Shown here: one piece after another, positions 1-9,025 of the stretch
How positions within the stretch are numbered: position 1 is the first letter of the stretch
Layout of the letters: every line of letters begins with the position of its first letter
Source of the DNA: a virus
Lineage: Duplodnaviria > Caudoviricetes
Reading direction: 5' to 3' (one strand)
Length of the DNA stretch: 30,716 nt
IMG/VR virus record: IMGVR_UViG_3300020188_000036
Span: 1-30,716 of that record
Made by a program: the position numbers and the translations under genes
The notes under the pieces: generated by a model
What the model saw: only the letters and a program-made list of their open reading frames with translations
Told to the model about the DNA's origin: nothing
Database searches by the model: none

Positions 1-1
1 G

Positions 2-799
2 CTCACATCCACTGGTTTTTCTCTGGGGGGGACGTCAGTTTCTCTTAACAACTCTGGCGATAACTACGTAGCTTACGCATGGCAGGCTGGTGGTTCACCT
101 GTTACTAATACAGCTGGCACTATTACTAGTAGTGTATCCGCTAATACTGAACTAGGGTTCAGTATTGTAGACTACGCAGGTGAAGGCAGTTTTTTAGATA
201 CAATAGGGCACGGGCTAGGCGTTGTTCCAGAAGTAACTATACGAAAATCCAAACTTACTTCAGGTTCTTGGGGTGTTGTAGTTACTGGAACCTCTAATCT
301 AGTGGGTCTTCAGGGTACTGGAAGTACTGCTTTGGGTACAGGTGCTTATGGCTACGCGTATTTAAACACTAATGCTGGATTTGCGACAACGGCGTCTACC
401 TCCTATGCAAGCACTGCCACTACATTCAAGGCGTGGGTACATAGAGAGTTAGCGGTTAGATATACCGCTTATTGTTTCGCTAGTGTGGCTGGTGTGTCCA
501 AAATAGGTACATATACTGGCAACGGCAATACTACTACTGGGGTTACAGTTACCACCGGGTTTGAACCATCCTTTGTATTACTGAAGCGCGCCAACAGTAC
601 TTCTGACTGGCTTGTGCTAGATAATCTTCGAGATACTACTAATCCAAGGTCAGTCGCGTTGTTCTTTGATTTGAATATAGCTGAGATCAACAGCACTACT
701 TATAACACAGACTTTAACTCAACTGGGTTCACTGTAAAAGGATCGTCTGGTAACGTTAATGCTAGTGGGTCATCATACCTTTACATAGCGATAGCTTGA
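2..799 (+). CDS. Tail fibre protein, 3' part (DUF7483-like); 5' end lies outside the window
   Basis: Frame is open from base 2 (LTSTGFSLGG...YVAYAWQAGG...GFSIVDYAGEG...TIGHGLGVVPE...SKIGTYTGNG...TGFEPSFVLLKR...YLYIAIA). These motifs are typical of aquatic phage fibres, and a fibre chaperone follows. Confidence 0.8.
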   Translation, partial: LTSTGFSLGGTSVSLNNSGDNYVAYAWQAGGSPVTNTAGTITSSVSANTELGFSIVDYAGEGSFLDTIGHGLGVVPEVTIRKSKLTSGSWGVVVTGTSNLVGLQGTGSTALGTGAYGYAYLNTNAGFATTASTSYASTATTFKAWVHRELAVRYTAYCFASVAGVSKIGTYTGNGNTTTGVTVTTGFEPSFVLLKRANSTSDWLVLDNLRDTTNPRSVALFFDLNIAEINSTTYNTDFNSTGFTVKGSSGNVNASGSSYLYIAIA

Positions 800-809
800 G
801 GAATTTAGA

Positions 810-1028
810 ATGGCTGAACAACTAACGCCTGAGCAACTTATAGAAATAAGCGACGCATACAGGGCTGAAAGAAATATGTTACTACGAGATTGTGACTGGA
901 CGCACGTCACTGATGTTGTTTTAACAGTGGAAGAAAAACAAGCTTGGGCAGAGTATAGACAAGCTCTGCGTGATATAACAAGTCAACCAGATTTTCCTTA
1001 CACAATCGACTGGCCTACTAAGCCGTAG
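810..1028 (+). CDS. Tail fibre assembly chaperone
   Basis: RAERNMLLRDCDWT...WAEYRQALRDIT.QPDFP..IDWPTKP signature; GAGG RBS. Confidence 0.85.
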   Translation: MAEQLTPEQLIEISDAYRAERNMLLRDCDWTHVTDVVLTVEEKQAWAEYRQALRDITSQPDFPYTIDWPTKP

Positions 1029-1031
1029 CAA

Positions 1032-1048
1032 AGGGGGCATAGCCCCCT
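1032..1048. terminator. GC hairpin between convergent genes, probable bidirectional terminator
   Basis: AGGGGGC-ATA-GCCCCCT lies between the stops at 1028 (+) and 1052 (-). Confidence 0.65.
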
Positions 1049-1051
1049 AAC

Positions 1052-1285
1052 TTATACCGCTTTATCGGCTGGCTCGCCTTCTTTAGGCTTTTCCATCTCG
1101 ATCTTAAGTAAGTTCAAGAAACCATCGTGTGCCATGTTTAGCTGGTCAACACGTGCTTTAGCTGCGTCTAACTGAGTACGTAAGTCATTGATCTGCGCAA
1201 TGCAGTATTTTACGGCGTCAGAAAGATCATCGTAGTTATGTTCTTTTCCATCGATATTAACGACTTTGTTTTGTTTTTCGTCCAT
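1052..1285 (-). CDS. Small coiled-coil protein (DUF6447-like)
   Basis: MDEKQNKVVNIDGKEHNYDDLSDAVK...; GGAG upstream of the ATG at 1285. Confidence 0.7.
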   Translation of the reverse strand: MDEKQNKVVNIDGKEHNYDDLSDAVKYCIAQINDLRTQLDAAKARVDQLNMAHDGFLNLLKIEMEKPKEGEPADKAV

Positions 1286-1340
1286 TGTGTACGCTCCATG
1301 TAAAAGGTTGTTAGTCAAGTAACTGCGCTTGCGCAGTATC

Positions 1341-1371
1341 TATTGTATATTAGTGGGCTTATAGTACAATA
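1341..1371. promoter_or_regulatory. Symmetric overlapping divergent sigma70-like promoters
   Basis: + strand TTGTAT(1343-1348)-N16-TACAAT(1365-1370); - strand TTGTAC(1369-1364)-N16-TACAAT(1347-1342); located between divergent genes. Confidence 0.55.
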
Positions 1372-1397
1372 CTTTTAAAGCCCTTGCATAGGAATGC

Positions 1398-1592
1398 ATG
1401 TATATGCTTAAACAAGCGATTAAATCTAGAACTGTGCAGTTTGGCGTGGCAATTGCCTGTTTATCCGTGCTGCAGGGTTTTGTTGGTTTTCTACCTGCCG
1501 ACCCTGCCATCCAAGCTATAGTTGGGTGCACAATTGCTTCAGGTATCGTCATTCTCCGTTTTATGACAACCATGCCGGTAAGCGAAAAATGA
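1398..1592 (+). CDS. Small 2-TM membrane protein, putative holin
   Basis: KSRT..FG motif, two hydrophobic segments, LRFMTT.PVSEK C-terminus. Confidence 0.65.
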   Translation: MYMLKQAIKSRTVQFGVAIACLSVLQGFVGFLPADPAIQAIVGCTIASGIVILRFMTTMPVSEK

Positions 1593-2014
1593 AACCGCTA
1601 GGGCTGCGTGGAACTTACGAGTCTCTAAAGTCAGCTAATGGCACAGCCCAACACCTCCTTCTTTCCATCTGGGGTATCATTGCCGCCGGTGGATTCTACG
1701 CCGTAGGCATATCTAATCTTCATTTAACTGCTTGGGTTGCCGCCTCAATTCTAGTTATGTACTGCACTATCTGGACTAAAAAGCCGTGTCTTCTTTGGGC
1801 GATTCGTCTGGATGTAATGTTGACCACTGTAGTGCTAGCTGAGTATTTATGCATAGAGTGGGACACCGGAATCAACACGGTTGTGTTTTTCTTGGGTAGA
1901 ATAAGCGCAGCTGTTATACTACTTACACACGGCTTGTATCTCGCCAATTTGGTTAGGCGGCAGATGCTAGAGGCTAAGCGTTTTGAAGTGGAGTTTATCA
2001 GTGACATTAGATGA
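1589..2014 (+). CDS. Multi-pass membrane protein
   Basis: ATG at 1589 overlaps the previous stop (ATGA); about 4 hydrophobic segments. Confidence 0.65.
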   Translation: MKPLGLRGTYESLKSANGTAQHLLLSIWGIIAAGGFYAVGISNLHLTAWVAASILVMYCTIWTKKPCLLWAIRLDVMLTTVVLAEYLCIEWDTGINTVVFFLGRISAAVILLTHGLYLANLVRRQMLEAKRFEVEFISDIR

Positions 2015-2294
2015 TATTATGCCATTGCTGGTGGCCTTAGTTGGAGCTTCTGGCTTGTGGGCTTATCTATCAAAAAGGTCAGACCGCATTTACCTTGAGG
2101 CAAAAGAAGAAAGGGAAGATAGGGCTGAGTTTAATGACACCCTAAAGGCGCAGGTAGATAGATTGTCAGAAAAAGTAGATATTCTTATAAAAGACAAAGA
2201 AGAACTTTTAAAAGAGATAGCAAGTTTGCGGGCCGAGCTTGCTGAAGCTAGGGCTACAGTAAAGCACCTAGAAACCATGCTGATGACAAAATGA
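2001..2294 (+). CDS. N-terminal TM + coiled-coil protein (lysis accessory?)
   Basis: GGAG 1990-1993 then GTG 2001; LLVALVGASGLWAYL followed by a heptad-rich region. Confidence 0.65.
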   Translation: MTLDDIMPLLVALVGASGLWAYLSKRSDRIYLEAKEEREDRAEFNDTLKAQVDRLSEKVDILIKDKEELLKEIASLRAELAEARATVKHLETMLMTK

Positions 2295-2307
2295 TTGAGG
2301 CGCTGAT

Positions 2308-2364
2308 ATGGATCGGTTGTTTGGTAAGCTGGACAAGAAGCTAGATTTAAAGGCCGACAAGTGA
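2308..2364 (+). pseudogene. 3' remnant of a phage protein gene (...MDRLFGKLDKKLDLKADK*)
   Basis: KLD.KADK C-terminus is typical of small phage proteins; stop overlaps the next start (GTGA); frame is closed just upstream. Confidence 0.45.
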
Positions 2365-2792
2365 TTGCGGAGCTTACCGCGTTTAATGCCGCTTACTCGG
2401 TAGTGAAAGAGTTTGTAGCCAATGGCAAGGATTTGACCGACTGTTTTAGTTTTATCGGTCAGATGACTACAGCGAAAGAAGACCTTAAGTTACGGCAAAC
2501 AAAGAAGAATGGCTTTACCAGTGATGCTGAAGAGTTTGCAGCACTTGAGCAGATTAAACAAGCCGAAGACGAACTCAGAGAGTTGATGCAGTATTACGGT
2601 AGAGCTGGCTTATGGGATGACTTCGTTAAGTTTCAAGCAGAAGCACGCAAGGCTAGACTCTTAGAGCGTAACGAAAGAATTAAGAAGATCAATAAACGCT
2701 GGCAATATGCAAGTATTGTTGTTGCGGGCTGTCTTGGACTCATAGGTTTGTACGCTATCTTTGTGATAGCCAGTGCGGTTTTAGGGAGCTGA
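2361..2792 (+). CDS. Hypothetical phage protein with C-terminal TM
   Basis: 143-aa ORF, helical, with a hydrophobic C-terminus. Confidence 0.75.
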   Translation: MIAELTAFNAAYSVVKEFVANGKDLTDCFSFIGQMTTAKEDLKLRQTKKNGFTSDAEEFAALEQIKQAEDELRELMQYYGRAGLWDDFVKFQAEARKARLLERNERIKKINKRWQYASIVVAGCLGLIGLYAIFVIASAVLGS

Positions 2793-2793
2793 A

Positions 2794-3192
2794 ATGATTG
2801 AGGCGTTGATTGGCCCCGTGATGGGCTTGCTTGACAAGATAATCCCAGATCCTACAGAAAAGGCTAGGCTCGCCCATGAGATAGCCACGTTAGCAGAAAG
2901 ACAGGCCCATGAAATTGCTAAGTCCCAAATTGAAGTTAATCGTACTGAAGCTGCTAGTTCCTCGATGTTCGTGGCAGGATGGAGACCCGCAGTGGGCTGG
3001 ATATGTGCTGTTGGTCTCGGCTTCAATTTTATTTGTGTGCCTATCGGCAATTTTGTTCTCACGATCAATGGAAGCCCTGTTGTTATTCCCGCACTTGATG
3101 TATCCCAGATGATGCCTGTTTTGATGGGGATGTTGGGGCTTGGTGCGTATCGTACATTTGAAAAAACTCGGGGCGTGGCCCGAGACAAGTAG
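2794..3192 (+). CDS. 3TM-type holin (GTA_holin_3TM/DUF3154 family)
   Basis: LDKIIPDP.EK, EA.SSSMFVAGWRPAVGWIC and GMLGLGAYRTFEK signature motifs. Confidence 0.85.
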   Translation: MIEALIGPVMGLLDKIIPDPTEKARLAHEIATLAERQAHEIAKSQIEVNRTEAASSSMFVAGWRPAVGWICAVGLGFNFICVPIGNFVLTINGSPVVIPALDVSQMMPVLMGMLGLGAYRTFEKTRGVARDK

Positions 3193-3238
3193 AGTTTTTA
3201 CGGTTTATACTTGCAAATCGTAAAAATGTGAGGACCGT

Positions 3239-4945
3239 ATGGCTTACTTTAAAATTGACAGGTTCAGTGGTATAGCGCCGGGTGTGTCGCCTAGGCTTTT
3301 AGCGGAACAGTTTGCACAGACCGCAGTCAACGTAGATTTTGAGTCCGGTAGATTAACCCCGATTACGTCTAATCTATCTGTTTTTGCGCTGCAGTCTAGT
3401 AATAGAAGCTCTATTTATTATTACAGGGATACTAACTGGTTAGAATGGCCAGAAGCTAATGTAAAAGCTGTCCCCGGCCCGATACCGGGGGATACTCTAG
3501 ATAGGCTGTATTGGACGGGCGAAGAGTACCCTAAAATGGGCACCGTTACTACGATAGTTAGCGGGACGTCGGGTTACCCTGCTAATTCTTATAGGCTCGG
3601 CGTTCCAGCGCCACCAAACGCCCCCACTATCTCTAAGACCGGGGATGCAGATCCAGATCAAACGCCAGATGACGTAGCGTACGTATACACGTATGTAACT
3701 GCTTTCGGTGAAGAGGGCCCGCCTAGCCCAGCTAGTAATGTATTAGAGAGGACAGACACAGAAACTGTTACTGTGCCTATGCCGTCTTCTGATCACCCTA
3801 GTGGCAACTATAACTTTGGGACCGGCGCGTTAAAACGTATATACAGATCAAACACTGGATCTACTAATACTACGTTTCAGTTCGTTGCAGAAGTCCCATT
3901 CACAACTACTTCGTATCAGGACGCTTCTGCGTCTTTTGCTTTAGGCGAAGTGTTGCCAAGCGAGACGTGGATAGGTCCGCCTGACGATAACACTTCTTTG
4001 TATCCCGATGGCCCTCTGCAAGGGTTAATTATCGTTGCTAATGGTGTGTTTGCTGGGTTTACAGGTAAACGTTTTTGCCTTAGCGAACCCTACCTGCCCC
4101 ACGCTTGGCCAATATCCTACAGAATTACTCTAGAAGAAGACATAGTTGCTATTGGAGCGACTGGTAATGGGGTTGTCTGCCTTACTAATGGTGCCCCATA
4201 TTTTGTTACGGGCACAGATCCAAGTGCAATGACGCCTATTAAGGTTGAGTTAGCTCAAGCTTGCGTAAATGTTAATAGCGTTGTAGATATGGGTAGCTAC
4301 ATACTGTATGCAGGGCCTGATGGGCTGTGCGCTGTCAGTGGAGTAGAAGGGAGCGTAGTCACTGAAGGCCTAGTGTCAGTTAAACAATGGAATGCTGATT
4401 TTAACCCTACTACTTACAAAGCTTTTAGGCACGAAAATACTTATGTGGCTTTTTGGGAAGATGGCGGATTTGTATACGATCCTAGAGCCGAAGCTGCAGC
4501 GCTTTCATTTATAGAGTACTCTGGCACTATTCGGGGCGGCTATATGAACCCTAAAGATGGTGAGCTGTACGTGATTTTAGATGGCGCTGTACAAAAATTT
4601 AGAGGTGGAGCTGAAGCTAAACAGGTTACATGGAAGTCAAAACAGTTTGTTACGCCGAGACCGCTCAGCATGAGCTGGGTGTCTGTGCACGCCCAAGATT
4701 ACCCTATTGCTGTCAAAGTGTGGGCTGACGGTACTCTTGTCGCCGACTATTCTTTGTCTGAGGCTAGCGGTGTATATACACAAACAGTTACCGTGCCGTC
4801 TGGCGCGTCTACTGGTACTTTGCGTGAACCTATAATGAGGTTACCGCCTGTTATAGCGCAGGTTTGGGAAGTTGAAGTATCAGGTTCTGTTGCAATTGAT
4901 GAAGTTTGCCTTGCCCAAAGCATGCAAGAGATACAAGAGTTATGA
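3239..4945 (+). CDS. Virion structural protein, probably tail tubular/stabilisation protein
   Basis: 568 aa, beta-rich; FSGIAPGVSPRLL, YVYTYVTAFGEEGPPSP and SEPYLPHAWP motifs; in the tail block. Confidence 0.7.
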   Translation: MAYFKIDRFSGIAPGVSPRLLAEQFAQTAVNVDFESGRLTPITSNLSVFALQSSNRSSIYYYRDTNWLEWPEANVKAVPGPIPGDTLDRLYWTGEEYPKMGTVTTIVSGTSGYPANSYRLGVPAPPNAPTISKTGDADPDQTPDDVAYVYTYVTAFGEEGPPSPASNVLERTDTETVTVPMPSSDHPSGNYNFGTGALKRIYRSNTGSTNTTFQFVAEVPFTTTSYQDASASFALGEVLPSETWIGPPDDNTSLYPDGPLQGLIIVANGVFAGFTGKRFCLSEPYLPHAWPISYRITLEEDIVAIGATGNGVVCLTNGAPYFVTGTDPSAMTPIKVELAQACVNVNSVVDMGSYILYAGPDGLCAVSGVEGSVVTEGLVSVKQWNADFNPTTYKAFRHENTYVAFWEDGGFVYDPRAEAAALSFIEYSGTIRGGYMNPKDGELYVILDGAVQKFRGGAEAKQVTWKSKQFVTPRPLSMSWVSVHAQDYPIAVKVWADGTLVADYSLSEASGVYTQTVTVPSGASTGTLREPIMRLPPVIAQVWEVEVSGSVAIDEVCLAQSMQEIQEL

Positions 4946-7900
4946 CGACTAAGCGAACTACATACCCTACAAAAGTACCTAGCTTACCTAACTTACCTAG
5001 GGATATATCCCCGGAGCTTCGTAGGTATTTAGAGAACTTAGTAGAAGCTGTAGAAGTGCGATTAGGCCGCCGTGGGGATCAGCGTGATAGGGCAATTACG
5101 CTAAGAGAGTTAATAAATAGCGGGCTAGCGGTAGACTTAACCGATAGACCTTTTAACCCCAACCTTTCTGGTAGTGATTTTACTCCGTCTGTAATTACTC
5201 CAGCTATAAATACCACTGTTCCACCCGCCCCTACCGGCTTTACAGCTACTGGAGCATACTCGGTAATTCTTTTATTTTGGGACTCTCCAAACTATACAAA
5301 CCACGGGCAAACAGAGGTGTGGCGTCACGATGCTGACATTATTGGCGACGCTCAACTAGTTGGCGTATCTAGCGGCATAGCCTTTTCAGACCCAGTTGGA
5401 GAGTCTAGTTCATACTATTATTGGATACGGTTCGTAAGTGAGGACGGTATACCCGGTCCTTTTAACTCTTCGGCTGGGACTTTAGCTGAGACAGCGTTAG
5501 ATGTTGAGTATCTGTTAGAGATACTTGCAGAGTCTATATCTGAGTCGGAATTAACCCAAGATTTACTTAGCAGAATAGACCTTATAGATGGGGATGCTTC
5601 GGTTGTTAATTCGGTTAGGTACTTATTAGCCCAAGAAACTGCTGCTCGGATTGCCGCTATAACGCAAGAAATTAATGACCGTACAGAAGCTATATCTGAC
5701 CTTGGCGATACTATTGCAAATGAGGTGTCTGAGTTAAACTCAGCTATAGGCGATGAAATTAGTGATCGCATAGCGGCTTTAGCGCAGGAAGTTTCTGACA
5801 GGAATACTGCAATAACTACAGCCGTTTCAACTGAAGCCGCAGCTAGGGCAGCAGAAGTTGCTGCCGCTAGTCAAAATCTACAAAGCCAAATAAATGATCT
5901 AATTTCTGTAACTGAGTATGATAATGCTACTTCTTACGCTATAGATGATCAGGTAACTTACGAAGGTGGGTTGTACCGTGCAACAGCCCCAACAACTGGT
6001 AATTTACCCACTGATACTAATTACTGGCAGTTGCTTGGTGATTACACTAGCTTAGGCGAATTTGTAGGTGAAAATGCTGCTGCCATTGTAGAGCTAAATA
6101 ATGTTTCTGCTACTTCTACATCTGCTTCTGCCTTAGCTTTATATGGGTTGCAATCTCAAATAAACGACCCTGATACTGGGCTACCAGCTACGCGGGCTAC
6201 ACTGTTTGAAGAGTATTACACTGCGGTTGAAGCCGACCAAGCAATAGCATCGGCCACTACTGGTTTAGCTTCCGAAACATATGTAGACACGGAATTAGGT
6301 AACTATACTTCTACCGCAGATTTAACTGCAAACTACTACACTAAAACTACCGCAGACGAAGCAATAGCTTCAGCAGTTTTGGGACTTGCCTCCGAAACAT
6401 ACGTAGATACAGAGTTAGGTAACTATACTACTACCGCAGATTTAACTACAAACTACTACACTAAGACTACTGCAGACGAAGCAATTGCTGCCGCTGTTTT
6501 AGGGTTAGCTTCTGAAACGTACGTAGACACGGAATTAGGTAACTATACTACTACCGCAGATTTAACTACAAACTACTACACTAAGACTACTGCAGATGAA
6601 GCAATTGCAGCTGCTGTATTGGGGCTTGCGTCTGAGACGTATGTAGACACGGAATTAGGTAACTATACTACTACCGCAAATTTAACTACAAACTACTACA
6701 CTAAAACTGGAGCCGATGAAGCAATTGCCGCTGCCGTGCTTGGGTTAGCCTCTGAAACATACGTAGACACGGAATTAGGCAGTTATACTACTACCGCAAA
6801 TTTAACTACAAATTACTACACTAAAACTGGGGCTGATGAAGCAATTGCAGCTGCTGTTTTAGGGTTAGCATCTGAATCGTATGTAGATACAGAGTTAGGT
6901 AACTATACTACTACCGCAGATTTAACTACAAACTACTACACTAAAACTGGAGCCGATGAAGCAATTGCTGCTGCCGTGCTTGGGTTAGCCTCTGAAACAT
7001 ACGTAGATACAGAGTTAGGTAACTATACTACTACCGCAGATTTAACTACAAATTACTACACTAAAACTACTGCAGATGACGCAATTGCAGCTGCTGTTTT
7101 AGGGTTAGCAGCCGCTACTGAGTTTGACAACTATACTACTACGGCTGACTTACAAGAAAACTACTATACTAAAACTACTGCAGATGACGCAATTGCTGCT
7201 GCTGTTCTAGGGTTAGCTTCTGCTAGCGACTTTGACAATTACACTACTACAGCTGATTTACAGGAAACTTACTACACTAAAACTGGGGCTGATGACGCAA
7301 TTGCAGCTGCTGTTTTAGGGTTAGCTTCTGCTAGCGATTTTGATAGCTATACTACTACAGCTGATTTACAGGAAACTTACTATACTAAAACTGGGGCTGA
7401 TGACGCAATTGCGGCGGCAGTTTTAAATTTGGTTTCTACTACTGACCTTCAAGACTACACTACTACAGCCAGTCTTGAAGAGAATTACTATACTAAAACT
7501 ACTGCCGATGAAGCAATTGCTACTGCGATTTTTGGTCTGGCGTCTAGTGCAGATTTGGATAATTATGCAACTACCGCGACGCTTACTGGTAATTATTATA
7601 CTTCTGCTGATACAGACGATGCTATAACCGCCGCTACTCTTGACCTTGCTTCAACTACTGACCTTGAAGATTATGTAACTTCTGCAACGCTTACGGAATC
7701 TTATTACACTAAAACCGAAGCTAATAGTGCAATATCGACTGCAGTAAGTGCGCTTTCGTCCGTGGTCGGTGCCAATGCAGCGGCTGTAGAAGCAGCAGCT
7801 GAATCAATAAACGGCCTTAACGCAAAGTATACAGTTAAAATAGACAATAACGGCGCAGTAGCTGGGTATGGACTTGCGTCTGCACCCAACGATGCTGGCG

Positions 7901-8325
7901 AAATAGTAAGCGAGTTTATCGTTAACGCTGATCGTTTTGCTATCCTAAAAGGCGCTACTGATACTGGCGATCCTGTTATTCCGTTTACTGTTATTGCTAC
8001 TGCTACTGAAATAAACGGCGTAGAAGTTCCGGCAGGTGTGTATATAAGCGACGCGTTTGTCGCTAATGGTACTATAACAAATGCCAAGATCGGTGAAGCT
8101 GCCATCGACGATGCTAAGATACTCAACATCAACGCTGAAAAAATAACCGCTGGTCTTATAGACGCTACAAGAATTGGGGCCGATTCTATAGACGCTGAAA
8201 AACTAACTATATCATCTGACACAGATGGCACCGCTAGTTCTATTTACATGGATAGCAATGGGGCTATAAAAGTATACGACGCTAGCGGCACGCTTCGCGT
8301 CAAGTTAGGTAATCTAGGCGCTTAA
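4942..8325 (+). CDS. Tail fibre / host-specificity protein with FN3-like N-part, repeat shaft and DUF1983 (TipJ C-terminal)-like domain
   Basis: ATG 4942 overlaps the previous stop; YYYWIRFVS..G..GPFN; AKYTVKIDNNGAVAGYGLAS...SEFIVNADRFAI...GVYISDAFVANGTITNAKIG. Confidence 0.85.
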   Translation: MTTKRTTYPTKVPSLPNLPRDISPELRRYLENLVEAVEVRLGRRGDQRDRAITLRELINSGLAVDLTDRPFNPNLSGSDFTPSVITPAINTTVPPAPTGFTATGAYSVILLFWDSPNYTNHGQTEVWRHDADIIGDAQLVGVSSGIAFSDPVGESSSYYYWIRFVSEDGIPGPFNSSAGTLAETALDVEYLLEILAESISESELTQDLLSRIDLIDGDASVVNSVRYLLAQETAARIAAITQEINDRTEAISDLGDTIANEVSELNSAIGDEISDRIAALAQEVSDRNTAITTAVSTEAAARAAEVAAASQNLQSQINDLISVTEYDNATSYAIDDQVTYEGGLYRATAPTTGNLPTDTNYWQLLGDYTSLGEFVGENAAAIVELNNVSATSTSASALALYGLQSQINDPDTGLPATRATLFEEYYTAVEADQAIASATTGLASETYVDTELGNYTSTADLTANYYTKTTADEAIASAVLGLASETYVDTELGNYTTTADLTTNYYTKTTADEAIAAAVLGLASETYVDTELGNYTTTADLTTNYYTKTTADEAIAAAVLGLASETYVDTELGNYTTTANLTTNYYTKTGADEAIAAAVLGLASETYVDTELGSYTTTANLTTNYYTKTGADEAIAAAVLGLASESYVDTELGNYTTTADLTTNYYTKTGADEAIAAAVLGLASETYVDTELGNYTTTADLTTNYYTKTTADDAIAAAVLGLAAATEFDNYTTTADLQENYYTKTTADDAIAAAVLGLASASDFDNYTTTADLQETYYTKTGADDAIAAAVLGLASASDFDSYTTTADLQETYYTKTGADDAIAAAVLNLVSTTDLQDYTTTASLEENYYTKTTADEAIATAIFGLASSADLDNYATTATLTGNYYTSADTDDAITAATLDLASTTDLEDYVTSATLTESYYTKTEANSAISTAVSALSSVVGANAAAVEAAAESINGLNAKYTVKIDNNGAVAGYGLASAPNDAGEIVSEFIVNADRFAILKGATDTGDPVIPFTVIATATEINGVEVPAGVYISDAFVANGTITNAKIGEAAIDDAKILNINAEKITAGLIDATRIGADSIDAEKLTISSDTDGTASSIYMDSNGAIKVYDASGTLRVKLGNLGA
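6214..7701 (+). repeat. Coding tandem repeat: 7 x 120 bp followed by 6 x 108 bp
   Basis: 40-aa unit YYTKTTADEAIAAAVLGLASETYVDTELGNYTTTADLTTN (6214-7053), then a 36-aa unit (7054-7701). Confidence 0.95.
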
Positions 8326-8326
8326 G

Positions 8327-9025
8327 ATGGCAAATGTTGTCTTTCCCATTACGGTAGGCTCTGCTTATTTGGCATCGACCGGGTACACTTACTATGGTTA
8401 CGATAGCGGCCCGACTTTATTTTATGGTGATATAGGATCAAGCGTTTTTGTTGGCGTAGGCGGCAAAGAATATATAGTACATGGTACTCGCTGGGCGGCT
8501 GAATCACCCAATAACCGTGTTTATCTGCGTTTAGATAATCCCACTATATCCGCATCTGATAGCTGGCAAAGCTACAGGGATGTTTTCACTTCGTACACTG
8601 TTGGGAGCACAACACTATCGAGTAGTGCCATAGTTAGTGGTTTTACCGTAGATGGTGGCGTTGGCTTTTATTGGAATGTTGTTAGTAATCCATTCGGTGC
8701 CGTTGGTGGCACAACTAATATTTCACTTAACGGCGTTCTTAGCGGTGCGTATGGGTTAGAAATATACAACTCTTCAGGTACACTTGTTGTAACTTTAACG
8801 GATAGGCTTGTCAGGTATGTTAGCTATCACTTTGGCTCTCTTACTGCTAATCAATCTACTACTATAGACGTGCCGGGCTTAACTAACGACGGTACGTGGG
8901 GGTTTAACTCTGAAGGTGGCGACGCTACATACGTAAAACTTACTTATGGGTCTACCGGCGTTTTAAACGTACAAAACTTAAATAACTTGACTAGGTATTA
9001 CAGCATACAGGTATTTCGAGTATGA
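8327..9025 (+). CDS. Tail-tip associated protein
   Basis: Directly follows the TipJ-like gene; YGLEIYNSSG motif; Gly/Ser/Tyr-rich. Confidence 0.65.
   Translation: MANVVFPITVGSAYLASTGYTYYGYDSGPTLFYGDIGSSVFVGVGGKEYIVHGTRWAAESPNNRVYLRLDNPTISASDSWQSYRDVFTSYTVGSTTLSSSAIVSGFTVDGGVGFYWNVVSNPFGAVGGTTNISLNGVLSGAYGLEIYNSSGTLVVTLTDRLVRYVSYHFGSLTANQSTTIDVPGLTNDGTWGFNSEGGDATYVKLTYGSTGVLNVQNLNNLTRYYSIQVFRV

Noticed and set aside
6214-7701. Possible CRISPR array or DGR template/variable repeats
   Set aside because: Units are contiguous in-frame coding repeats with mostly synonymous differences; there are no unique spacers and no reverse transcriptase in the window
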